Source: an uncultured delta proteobacterium
GTDB lineage: Bacteria; Myxococcota_A; Polyangia; Fen-1088
Reading direction: 5' to 3'
NCBI GenBank assembly: GCA_963767925.1
Contig: CAVYGB010000010.1
Span: 128,001-192,000, forward strand
DNA: 64,000 bases
Both the position numbers and the translations under genes were made by a program. The notes beneath the pieces are model-generated. The model was not told the origin of the DNA. It searched no databases and saw nothing but the letters and a program-made list of their open reading frames with translations. This document shows, piece by piece, positions 35,852 to 46,086 of this stretch. Numbering within the stretch: position 1 is the stretch's first letter; each line of letters opens with the position of its first letter.

Positions 35852-37561
35852 ATGCTGGCGGCAGTGGCGGGGCCGGCGCTGGCGCTGGGGTGCCTGCCCG
35901 AAGGTGGCCCCGGCCTGGGCGAGCCGCTGATCACCCAGCGCGGCCTGTACGGGCTGGTGTTCGCCCCCGCCCGGGACGACGGGCCGGCGGGCGTGCTCTA
36001 CGGCCGGCGGGCGTCGGTCCCTCGCCCGCCCCCCGCCGCCGGCGAGCAAACCAGCGCCGGCTGGCCGGAGGACCTGTTTTACCTCGGCGAAGGCGCCGCT
36101 CCCCGGCTGCTGCTGGAGGACTACGCCGGGCCGTCGCGCTGGGATGCAGCGGGGCGCCTCTACGTGCAGCGCGACTTCTCCTTTCGCTTCGATCCCGCGC
36201 GCGAGAGCGGCGTCGCGACGTTCGAGCTGTGGCGGTTCGAGCTGCCCGGGGCGGCCGGGCTGCTGCTGGGGCGGATGGCCGGGATCGAGCTGTCGCCGGC
36301 CGGCCGCCGGGTCGTGTACGGATCGGCCGCCGGCCAGTGGGTGCTGCGCACGCTCGACGATCGGGAGTTTCCCTTGCCTGCCCTGGGGCAACACCAGTTC
36401 GTCGGGGAGGACCTCTACTTCGTGAGCGAAGGCGCGATCCTGCGCGTCAGGGATCCGGAGGCGCCTCCCGCGCTCGTGCTGCCCGGACGGGCGGCGTCCT
36501 TCCAGGTGCGCGGCCAGGCCGACGGCCACCTCGTCCTCCAGATCGCCGACGCGCCGGAGGGATGGCGGATCGCCCTGGTGGCGGCGGCGGGCCCCGAGCC
36601 CACGAGCCAGGTGCTCGCCACGACCCGGCCGCTGGCCGGACCCGCGCTGGCGCCCGACGGCCGCCGCGTCGCCTGGATCGAGCGGGCGGGTGAGCCGCCC
36701 TCCGATCGCGGGCGGCTGCGCATCCGGGAGCTCGACAGCGGCGCCGAACGGGCGGTGGAGATCGGCTTGCCCCCGCCGCCGGGGCCCAGCGCGGGGCCCG
36801 ACCTCCCCCTCACCCCGGTCCCGGCCCGCCAGGTGGAGGTCGACCTGGAGTTTCGCCCGGGCAGCGATCAGCTCTGGGCCTTCTTCGAGCGGGAGGTGCG
36901 CGTGTTCGACGCCGCCGGGCAGGCGCGCCTGGTGCGCCGGCGAGGCCGGAGCCGCACCGGCTACACGTTGCCTCGCTTCGTCGATGCCGAGCGCTTCCAG
37001 GGCGGGTCCTCGGGGGTCCCGAGCGGAGCCCGCGATCCCCAGCGCAGCTCCCGCTTCAGCTCGGACGGGCGGTTCTGGACCCTGATCGACGACGAGGAGA
37101 ACGGTCACCTGGGTCCCGCCGACGACCCGGCCGCCCCGCCCATCGTGCGCCTGTTCGGCAAAGGTGGCTTCGAGCCCGGCGTGCTGGAGGTGGGGCCCGG
37201 CCGCCAGGTGGCCTTCTGGTCCTCGGCCGACGCCGACCGCAACGAGCTCCAGCTCGCCGACCTCGGCGCGAGGACTATCCGCCGGCTGGCCCGCAACGTG
37301 AGCCGCCTGCAGTTCGGCGGCGCGCGGGTGCTCCTGCTCGGTCGGGCCAGCAGCGGCTCGGGGGAGGGGCCGGGTGACCTCTCGCTCGTCGAGCTCACCA
37401 CCGGCGCGGTGACCCACCTGGCCAGCAACGTGACCGACTTCGCGCTGGAGGCGGCCTGCCCCCTCTGCGATCCGACCGACCCCGGCGCCCGGCTGGTCTA
37501 CGTCGTGAACGCACGTTTCCCCTGGAGATACGACGGACTCTGGCGGGGAACGCTGCCGTGA
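35852..37561 (+). CDS. Hypothetical lipoprotein, probable TolB-like beta-propeller
   Basis: Lipobox ALGC; repeats LSPAGRRVVY, LAPDGRRVAW, FSSDGRFW. Start could be 35822. Confidence 0.65.
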   Translation: MLAAVAGPALALGCLPEGGPGLGEPLITQRGLYGLVFAPARDDGPAGVLYGRRASVPRPPPAAGEQTSAGWPEDLFYLGEGAAPRLLLEDYAGPSRWDAAGRLYVQRDFSFRFDPARESGVATFELWRFELPGAAGLLLGRMAGIELSPAGRRVVYGSAAGQWVLRTLDDREFPLPALGQHQFVGEDLYFVSEGAILRVRDPEAPPALVLPGRAASFQVRGQADGHLVLQIADAPEGWRIALVAAAGPEPTSQVLATTRPLAGPALAPDGRRVAWIERAGEPPSDRGRLRIRELDSGAERAVEIGLPPPPGPSAGPDLPLTPVPARQVEVDLEFRPGSDQLWAFFEREVRVFDAAGQARLVRRRGRSRTGYTLPRFVDAERFQGGSSGVPSGARDPQRSSRFSSDGRFWTLIDDEENGHLGPADDPAAPPIVRLFGKGGFEPGVLEVGPGRQVAFWSSADADRNELQLADLGARTIRRLARNVSRLQFGGARVLLLGRASSGSGEGPGDLSLVELTTGAVTHLASNVTDFALEAACPLCDPTDPGARLVYVVNARFPWRYDGLWRGTLP

Positions 37562-39804
37562 CTGGCCTGCCGGCCACGGTCCTGCTCCTTGGCGCGCTGA
37601 CCGCCGGGCCCGCCGGCGGGGCGACGAACGGGGCCGGGGCGGCGCCCGGCCCGGACGCGGGCCTGCCGGTGGCGCCCAGCCTGGCGCCGGCCGCCCCTCC
37701 TCCGGAGGAGCCGGCCCGTCCGGCGGTGGTCGTACGCGGGCAGCTGTTCGTGCGGGGCTCGAGCGATCCGGTCGGCGGCGCCAGCGTCGTTGTCGACGGA
37801 CTCGTCGCGGGCGAGACCGATGCCGAGGGGCGCTTCACGCTGGTGGTGGCCCCCGGGCGACGGGTGGTGCAGGTCCAGCACCCGGGCTACGAGCCCCTGA
37901 CCCACTTCCTCCCGGCGGACGCCGGGGGGCCGCTCCTGGTGCTGCGGCTGTCCGCCGCCACCGGCGGAACCCTCCGCTACGAGACGGTGGTGCGGGCCGA
38001 GCAGGAGCAGGGCTCCAAGCGCACCCTGTCGCGGGCGGAGATCACCCGCACCGCCGGATCGCTCGGAGATCCCTTCCGGGTGATCGAGTCGCTGCCCGGC
38101 GTCGCCAGCATGTTGTGGCCGCTGCCGATCTACACCGTGCGGGGGGCCAACCCCGGGAACACCGGCTATTTCCTCGACGGCGTCCGCATCCCGGCGCTGT
38201 TCCACTTCGCCCTCGGCCCCGCCGTCGTCCACCCCCACTTCCTCGAGAGCCTCGACTTCTACCCGGCCGGTTATCCCGCCCGCCACGGGCGCTTCGTCTC
38301 GGGGGTGGTCAGCGCCGCAACGGGCGCGCCGCCCGCCGATCGCCTGCGCGGCTCGGTCGACGTGCGCCTGTTCGACGCCGGCGGGATGGTGTCGGTCCCG
38401 CTCAATGATGGCCAGGGCAGCGTGGCGGTGGCGGCCCGCTACGCCTACCCGGGAGGCCTCGTGACCACGCTGGTCGAGGACGTGCGCTTCCACTACTGGG
38501 ACTACCAGGCCCGGGTGGAGCACGTCCTCGGGCCCGGGCGCCTGTCGCTGACCGCGATGGGCTCGTACGACCTGCTGGCGGTCCGCTCGAGCGAGGTGGG
38601 CGGGCCCTCCTTCGGCGGCCCGGTCGTCACCCGGGAGAGCGAGGAGGCCCTGCGGCTGCAGTTCCACCGGCTCGACCTGCGCTGGCGGAGCGCGGCCGCG
38701 GGCGGCCGGCTGGCGGCCGCCCTGGCCCTGGGGATGGACCGCACCGAGGTCCCCTTCGACGAGGGGAGCCAGCTCGGCGCCCGCGCGCGCAGCCTGACCC
38801 CCCGGGTGAGCTACCAGCGCGCCCTCCGCCCCGGGCTCGACCTCGAGGCCGGGCTCGACGGCGAGGTGATGGCCTACGAGGGCCTGCTGGATCAGCCCCG
38901 GCCCAGCGTCACCTTCGCCGCCTTGACCAGCTCGCGCACCGGCGTGCAGATCGGGGCCCACGGCAGCCTGGTCTACCGCCTGCACGACCGGGTCGTGCTG
39001 AGCTCCGGCCTGCGGCTCGACTTCTTCAAGGACGGTCCCGGCACGGCCTTCGACGCCGGCCCCCGGCTCAACCTGCGCCTGCGGGCCAGCGACTCGGTCT
39101 GGTTCAAGCTGAGCGGCGGACGGACCAGTCAGCCGCCCAGCCTCCCCCTGCAGCTCCCGGGGATCGAGGCGGGGGATCTCGCGCGCCACGGCCTGCAGAC
39201 CGCCTGGCACGGCGGGCTGGGCGTCGAGGCGAGGCTGCCCGGGGTCGAGCTCGACGCCACGACCTTCGTCCAGCGCTACGTCCTGACCGACATCCGGGAC
39301 CCCGACTACGGCGATCCGCTGCTCGACGACTTCCTCATCCGCCGGGAGGGCCTGTCGTACGGTCTCGAGCTCATGGTGCGGCGGCCGCCGGGCGAACGCC
39401 TGCACGGCTGGCTGGCCTACACCCTCTCGCGCAGCCTGCGGGCCTTCGAGGGTGGGGTGGTGGGCCCCTCGGACTGGGACCAGCGCCACGTGGTCAACCT
39501 GGTGCTCGGGTACCGCTGGGGTCGCACCTCGCTGGGGACCCGCTTTCACCTGCACACCGGCCGGCTGGTCCGGGTGGACGGCACCAGCGCCCTGGAGATG
39601 GCCCGCCTGCCCGCCTTTTATCAGCTCGACCTGCGGGTCGATCGCCGCTTCGTCTACGACCGCTGGGTCCTCGAGGCCTACCTCGAGCTGGTCAACGCCA
39701 CCTTGACCCGGCAGGTGATCGGGCTGCGCCTCGACCGGGAGGGCATCGAGGAGGAAGGCTTCCGCATCGCCCTCCCCTCCCTGGGCCTGCGGGCCGAGTT
39801 CTGA
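37558..39804 (+). CDS. TonB-dependent receptor with N-terminal carboxypeptidase-regulatory-like domain
   Basis: TDAEGRF, GDPFRVIESLPGV, LDGVRIPALFHF, GWLAYTLSRS, DQRHVVN, C-terminal Phe (GLRAEF). Confidence 0.92.
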   Translation: MTGLPATVLLLGALTAGPAGGATNGAGAAPGPDAGLPVAPSLAPAAPPPEEPARPAVVVRGQLFVRGSSDPVGGASVVVDGLVAGETDAEGRFTLVVAPGRRVVQVQHPGYEPLTHFLPADAGGPLLVLRLSAATGGTLRYETVVRAEQEQGSKRTLSRAEITRTAGSLGDPFRVIESLPGVASMLWPLPIYTVRGANPGNTGYFLDGVRIPALFHFALGPAVVHPHFLESLDFYPAGYPARHGRFVSGVVSAATGAPPADRLRGSVDVRLFDAGGMVSVPLNDGQGSVAVAARYAYPGGLVTTLVEDVRFHYWDYQARVEHVLGPGRLSLTAMGSYDLLAVRSSEVGGPSFGGPVVTRESEEALRLQFHRLDLRWRSAAAGGRLAAALALGMDRTEVPFDEGSQLGARARSLTPRVSYQRALRPGLDLEAGLDGEVMAYEGLLDQPRPSVTFAALTSSRTGVQIGAHGSLVYRLHDRVVLSSGLRLDFFKDGPGTAFDAGPRLNLRLRASDSVWFKLSGGRTSQPPSLPLQLPGIEAGDLARHGLQTAWHGGLGVEARLPGVELDATTFVQRYVLTDIRDPDYGDPLLDDFLIRREGLSYGLELMVRRPPGERLHGWLAYTLSRSLRAFEGGVVGPSDWDQRHVVNLVLGYRWGRTSLGTRFHLHTGRLVRVDGTSALEMARLPAFYQLDLRVDRRFVYDRWVLEAYLELVNATLTRQVIGLRLDREGIEEEGFRIALPSLGLRAEF

Positions 39805-39829
39805 GCGAGACCTCCGCGAGCGCCGGAAG

Positions 39830-40783
39830 CTAGAAGCGGCCCTGGACGCCGTCGGAGGTGAGGGCGAAGGCGGGCTCGCGGCGGGGGGGCCGGTTCTCGG
39901 TGAGGCCGAGGTAGAGGGCGACGCCGCCCGCAATCACGGTGCCCACCGTGAGGGCGTCGGCCACGCCGGCGAAGGTGACCATGCGGCGCCGGGCCTGCTC
40001 GATCGCGGGCCGGGTGGTGGGGATCTGGGCCAGCTCCTGCTCGAAGTCCCGGTGGGCCTCGCGGGTCAGGAGGGCGAAGCTGCCGGCGGTGACGGCCAGG
40101 GCGCCGGTCGTCAGCAGGCCCAGCCAGGTCTTGAGGCGGGGGCGGGCCGGCGTCACCTCGGCCCGGGTGCGGGCCACCGGCGCCGGCAGGGTCACCACCG
40201 GGTTGCTCATCTCCGGCAGCTCGAGGGCCACCTCGAGCCGCTCGCCGCCGGCGGCGGTGACGGTCACGGTGGCGGGCAGGTGGCCGGGCTTCAGGGCGGA
40301 GACCCGGCGCACGCCCGGGTTGATCCAGACCGGGCGGGTCATCGGGGCGGTGCCGGCCCGGATCTCGTCGACCGCGATGGTGGCCCCGGGGACGTTGGTC
40401 GTCACCGTGAGCTGCGCGACCCGCCCCTCGAGCTCGGTGATCTCCCCCTGCACCTTGACCCGGCGTTCGGCCGGGATCTGGTCGCCGCCGTAGGCCAGGT
40501 AGCGGCGAAAGGCGCGCATGGCGGCGACGTAGTTGCGCAGCTCGAACTGCACCTGGGCGATGTTGTATTGCAGGCGGTAGGAGGGAGCGAGCTGGGAGGC
40601 CTTCTCGAACTCGGCCAGCGACGCCTCCAGGCTGCCCTCCCGGTAGAGCTGCACCCCGCGGGTGAACCGCTCGCGGGCCTCGGTGACCGCCGCGGCGTCG
40701 GCGGGGATGCGCGCCCCTTCGGCCCGGGCCAGCGGCGCGAGCAGCAGCAGGGAGAGCACCAGGGTCGGGATCTGGGTGGTCAT
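39830..40783 (-). CDS. TPR + PEGA domain protein
   Basis: Signal peptide, ARERFTRGVQLY, YNIAQV, VTTNVPGATIAVD, C-terminal hydrophobic hairpin. Confidence 0.88.
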   Translation of the reverse strand: MTTQIPTLVLSLLLLAPLARAEGARIPADAAAVTEARERFTRGVQLYREGSLEASLAEFEKASQLAPSYRLQYNIAQVQFELRNYVAAMRAFRRYLAYGGDQIPAERRVKVQGEITELEGRVAQLTVTTNVPGATIAVDEIRAGTAPMTRPVWINPGVRRVSALKPGHLPATVTVTAAGGERLEVALELPEMSNPVVTLPAPVARTRAEVTPARPRLKTWLGLLTTGALAVTAGSFALLTREAHRDFEQELAQIPTTRPAIEQARRRMVTFAGVADALTVGTVIAGGVALYLGLTENRPPRREPAFALTSDGVQGRF

Positions 40784-40793
40784 GTCGGCCCTC

Positions 40794-42502
<1,709 letters not shown>

Positions 42503-42506
<4 letters not shown>

Positions 42507-43363
42507 CGGGGTGCCGGGAGCATGGTTGTGTAGGTGATGGTGCCGGGCCGCACGAACACGCCCACGCTGGCGATGCGGCGCTGGTCGGAGGCGAGCCAGC
42601 CGCTCACGCTGATCGGTCCGGTGGGCAGGTTGATCATGCCCGCCCGTCCCGAGCTGTCGGTGACGTCGACGCTGAACGAGGGGACCTTCTTGACCAGGTA
42701 AAACGGGGCGGTGGCGATGTCGGCGTCGTCGCTCGTGAGGCTCACCCCGTCGGCGGGCCGGAGCAGGCAGTCGTAAGAGCCGAGCATGAGGTGGCCGCGC
42801 TCGGGGACGATGGGCCGCCCGCCCTGGGCGGCGAAGAAGGCCAGCTCGCGGTCGGCCATCAGCGGCAGGGAGGGGAACTCGCGATCACCGCTGACCGGTG
42901 GGTAAAAGAAGTACACGCCCGGCATGCGGCCCGGAGGCCCGAACTCGACGAACCCGTCGAAGCCGGTGTCGAGCTCGAAGGCGAGGGCGCCAGCCGCGTC
43001 GCTGACCATGCCGCTGGCCAGCGGGCGGGCGCAGTCGAAGTCGAGCTTGTTACAGGCCCGCCCGGTGACGCCGCCGATCGGCGCGTCGGTGACCAGGTCC
43101 CGCAGGCGAAAGACCACCGACGCCTTGCGAGGCGCCGGCTCGGGCCAGGTGACCCCGCCAAGGCAGCTCCAGGCCGGGTTCGGCTGGCACACCGACTGGA
43201 CGCACACGGCGTCGGCGAAGGCCTGGTCGGCCCCGTCCTGGCAGTCGGCGTCGATCCGGCACTGCTGCCGGTAGGGCTCTACCAGCAAGCTGCAAGATGC
43301 AGAGAGGAGGGCGACGGAAATCCCCAGCGCCCGTTCGAGGAGCCGGCGTTCGCGCAATGTCAT
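42503..43363 (-). CDS. Cys-containing myxobacterial lipoprotein
   Basis: Lipobox-like SASC, QCRIDADC, WSCL, CNKLDFDC; ATGA overlap with the kinase. Confidence 0.75.
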
Positions 43364-43790
43364 CGTTCCCCCGTGACCATGAGGTTGGTACAAGCGAAGA
43401 CCGTCCACGCCGCCGCGGGGAGAGTCTCGTGAGGGTTACGCTCCGACCACCGCCCGGTTTCTCTGTCATGCGCCACCTCGGCCAGACGCATGGGGGCCGG
43501 CCCGTATCGTACCTCAGCCCCTATCTTGTTCAAGCCAAAGTGCACGCAAACGCACGGCCCTGACGATGCCAAACGATTACAAGACCGCATCGCGAACGCA
43601 TCGGAATCGTGGCCGCTTTCGCTCAGCGCGCGCGTCCTCTCCTTCGCCGCGGACTGCCTGCGCTTTCGTCGCGGGCGGAGCGCGCTGCTCGCCGGTTCGC
43701 GTGGTCCTACCTTTCCCGACGCCGACGGTGATTTTCGGTGGCGTGCGGTTCCTTGACGAGCACCCAGGTCCCGAGGTCACTAGAACGTGG

Positions 43791-44934
43791 ATGCTCGAGC
43801 GGGCCCTCGGTTGGCTGGTCTGCGCGGCGGGTCTCGCGGGGGACCCGGCCGCCGCTGCGCCCTTCGAGCCGGTGCGCCCCTGCCAGCCCTCGGCGCGCCT
43901 GCAGGGCGAGGCGGATCTCGGTGGCGCCTCTGCAGGCGCTGCTCTCGCGCCGGGGGATCGCGCCCCGGCCAGCGCCGGGTTGCCTGCCAGTCGCCGTCGC
44001 GGTCCGCCCGGCCCGCGCGGGGTTCGACCTGCTGATTTCCGACGCCGAGGGGCGCACCGCCCGCCGGCGGATCGCCCGGCTCGAGGCGGCGGCCATGTTC
44101 ATCGAGTCCTGGGCGCGGACCGATCTGGAAGCGTCGCTGCCCCCGCTGCCGCCGCCGCCCGTCCTCCTGCCCGAGCTGGCGAGGGCGCTGCCGGACGACC
44201 TGGGCCCGGCCGACGGGGCCGGCGCCGCTCGAGATGTTGTACAGCGAGATGTTGTACAGGATGAAAACGGGCTGGCCGGTCGACTCTCGGCCGTCCGGGT
44301 GAGCCTGGCCCACACGCCGGGCGGCTCCCTCCAGCTCGCGACCGCGCTCGAGTCGGGGGTCGACGGCGCGCGCGCGCTCTGGCTGGGCGCCGCCCTCGGC
44401 CTGTGCGCGCGGATCGGTCCGGTGTGCGCCGGGGTCAGCGCGGGGCTGAGCCGGAGCGCGGACGCGCGCCGCGAGGAGCTCCTCGCCACGATCGAGCTGC
44501 CCCTGGCGGTCGGAGGGATCTCGATTGCCCCCCGGATCGGCCTGGGGATGGGTCGGTTGCATCGCCGGGACTCCCTGGAAGACGGTGAGGAAGACGGTGA
44601 GGAAGAGGGCCCGAGAAGCGGCGACCAGAACGGCCAGAACGACGGCGAGGGCGCCGGCGAGCCTAAGCACGAGCGGAGCGAGCGGACCGGGGAGAGCCCC
44701 GCCCGCCCCGCCCGCACCACCGTGCCCGAGGCGAACGCTGGCTGGCGGGCCGGGACCTTGCGGGCCCACGCCGGCGTGGCCTTCTTCTATCCGCTGGCGG
44801 CCCGCACCGGGGTCGAGGTCGCGGTCACCTACGCGGCGACGGCCATCCCGATCGGGCGGGCGCCGGGCTGGACGGAAAGGCTCACCGGAGGGGAGATCGG
44901 GCTGCGGCTCGGCCTCCGACATGGGACGCCGTGA
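43791..44934 (+). pseudogene. Exported hypothetical protein with an apparent +1 frameshift near 43920
   Basis: The signal-peptide frame (MLERALGWLVC...CQPSARLQGEADL) joins the frame VAPLQALLSRRG...GLRLGLRHGTP if one base is removed from GATCTCGGTG. May be a sequence error. Confidence 0.65.
44230..44259 (+). repeat. Perfect 15-bp tandem duplication
   Basis: CGAGATGTTGTACAG x2 (RDVVQ RDVVQ). A second duplication, GAAGACGGTGAG x2, lies at 44578-44601. Confidence 0.9.
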
Positions 44935-46046
44935 CCGACTTTACCCCCGACCCCGCAGCCTGCCCCGACGCCGAAACCCTGGCGCGCGCGTCGACCCGGC
45001 CCGATCCCCTCGTGCACACCCACCTCATCGGCTGCCCGCGCTGCCGGGCGACCTGGGAGAGCACCAACCTGGTCCGCGACCTTGGCCGCTTGCTCGGCCG
45101 CGAGCGGCCGGATGCCGCCACCTACGACAGCGCCCGCTACCAGCGCGTGCGGCCGCCGGATGGTTCCCGGCGCCGCCTCGTGATGGCCGGAGCGACCGCG
45201 CTTGCCGTCGCCGGGCTGGCGCTGATCGGAGCCCAGCTCGTCAAGGGGCGACCGGGAGTGACGACCCGCGCGCCGGCGCGCCCGGTGGCCGCCCGGACGC
45301 TGGCGCCCGCGCAGATCGAGGCCGCGCCCGGGACGCAGTTCCGGGTCGGGGGGAGCCCCCCGCACGAGGTGGTCCACCTCTCCCAGGGGACGCTGCGGAT
45401 CGCGATCGAGCCGCAGCCCGGTGTGCAGCGGAGCTTCCGGCTGCTGGCGCCCGACGCCGAGGTCGAGGTCCGGGGGACCGTGTTCGAGACGACGGTGCTG
45501 GCGGACCGCCTGCGCGCGGTGCGGGTCGAGCGTGGGCGGGTGACCGTGCGGCCCCTGTCGGGCCCCGAGGTCGACCTGGCGGCGGGTGGACAGTGGAGCC
45601 CACCGCCGCCACCGCCGGCCTCCGATCCGATCGCCGCCGGACCGACCGCTGGCGAGCGGGCTTTCCGCCGGGGGCTGCGCGCCCTCGAGGGGGACGACCC
45701 ACGCGCCGCCGCCCGCGACTTCGCCCGGGCCGGCGCCCTGGCCGGCGAAGCCGCGCTGGCCGAGGAGGCCGCCTACTGGCGCGCCATCGCCCTGTCGCGC
45801 GCGGGGGACGGGCCGGGCGCCCGCAGCGCGCTCGAGCTGTTCCTCGAGCGCCACCCCCGATCGCCCCGTGCCGGCGAGCTGTCGGTGCTGCTGGGATCCC
45901 TCCTGCTCGAGCAGGACCAGCCCGGGGCCGCCCGCGCCCGCTTCGAGGTCGGGTTGCAGGACCCCTCACCCCGCATCCAGCGCCGCGCCCGCCAGGGTCT
46001 CGAAGCCGCAGACACCGCCGCCGCCGGCGGCGGATCCTCTCTCTGA
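44931..46046 (+). CDS. Anti-sigma factor-like protein: ZAS zinc motif, TM, FecR domain, TPR
   Basis: HLIGCPRC (HxxxCxxC), TM, LSQGTL, VEVRGTVF, VRVERGRV, AEEAAYWRAIAL. Confidence 0.85.
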   Translation: MTDFTPDPAACPDAETLARASTRPDPLVHTHLIGCPRCRATWESTNLVRDLGRLLGRERPDAATYDSARYQRVRPPDGSRRRLVMAGATALAVAGLALIGAQLVKGRPGVTTRAPARPVAARTLAPAQIEAAPGTQFRVGGSPPHEVVHLSQGTLRIAIEPQPGVQRSFRLLAPDAEVEVRGTVFETTVLADRLRAVRVERGRVTVRPLSGPEVDLAAGGQWSPPPPPPASDPIAAGPTAGERAFRRGLRALEGDDPRAAARDFARAGALAGEAALAEEAAYWRAIALSRAGDGPGARSALELFLERHPRSPRAGELSVLLGSLLLEQDQPGAARARFEVGLQDPSPRIQRRARQGLEAADTAAAGGGSSL

Positions 46047-46086
46047 TCGGACTCCCTCGCGGAGCCCCGGAACGCCCGGTGCGCTA

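Noticed and set aside
43320..43810. LERALG near the N-termini of both divergent genes
   Set aside because: Common residues with different codons; consistent with coincidence.
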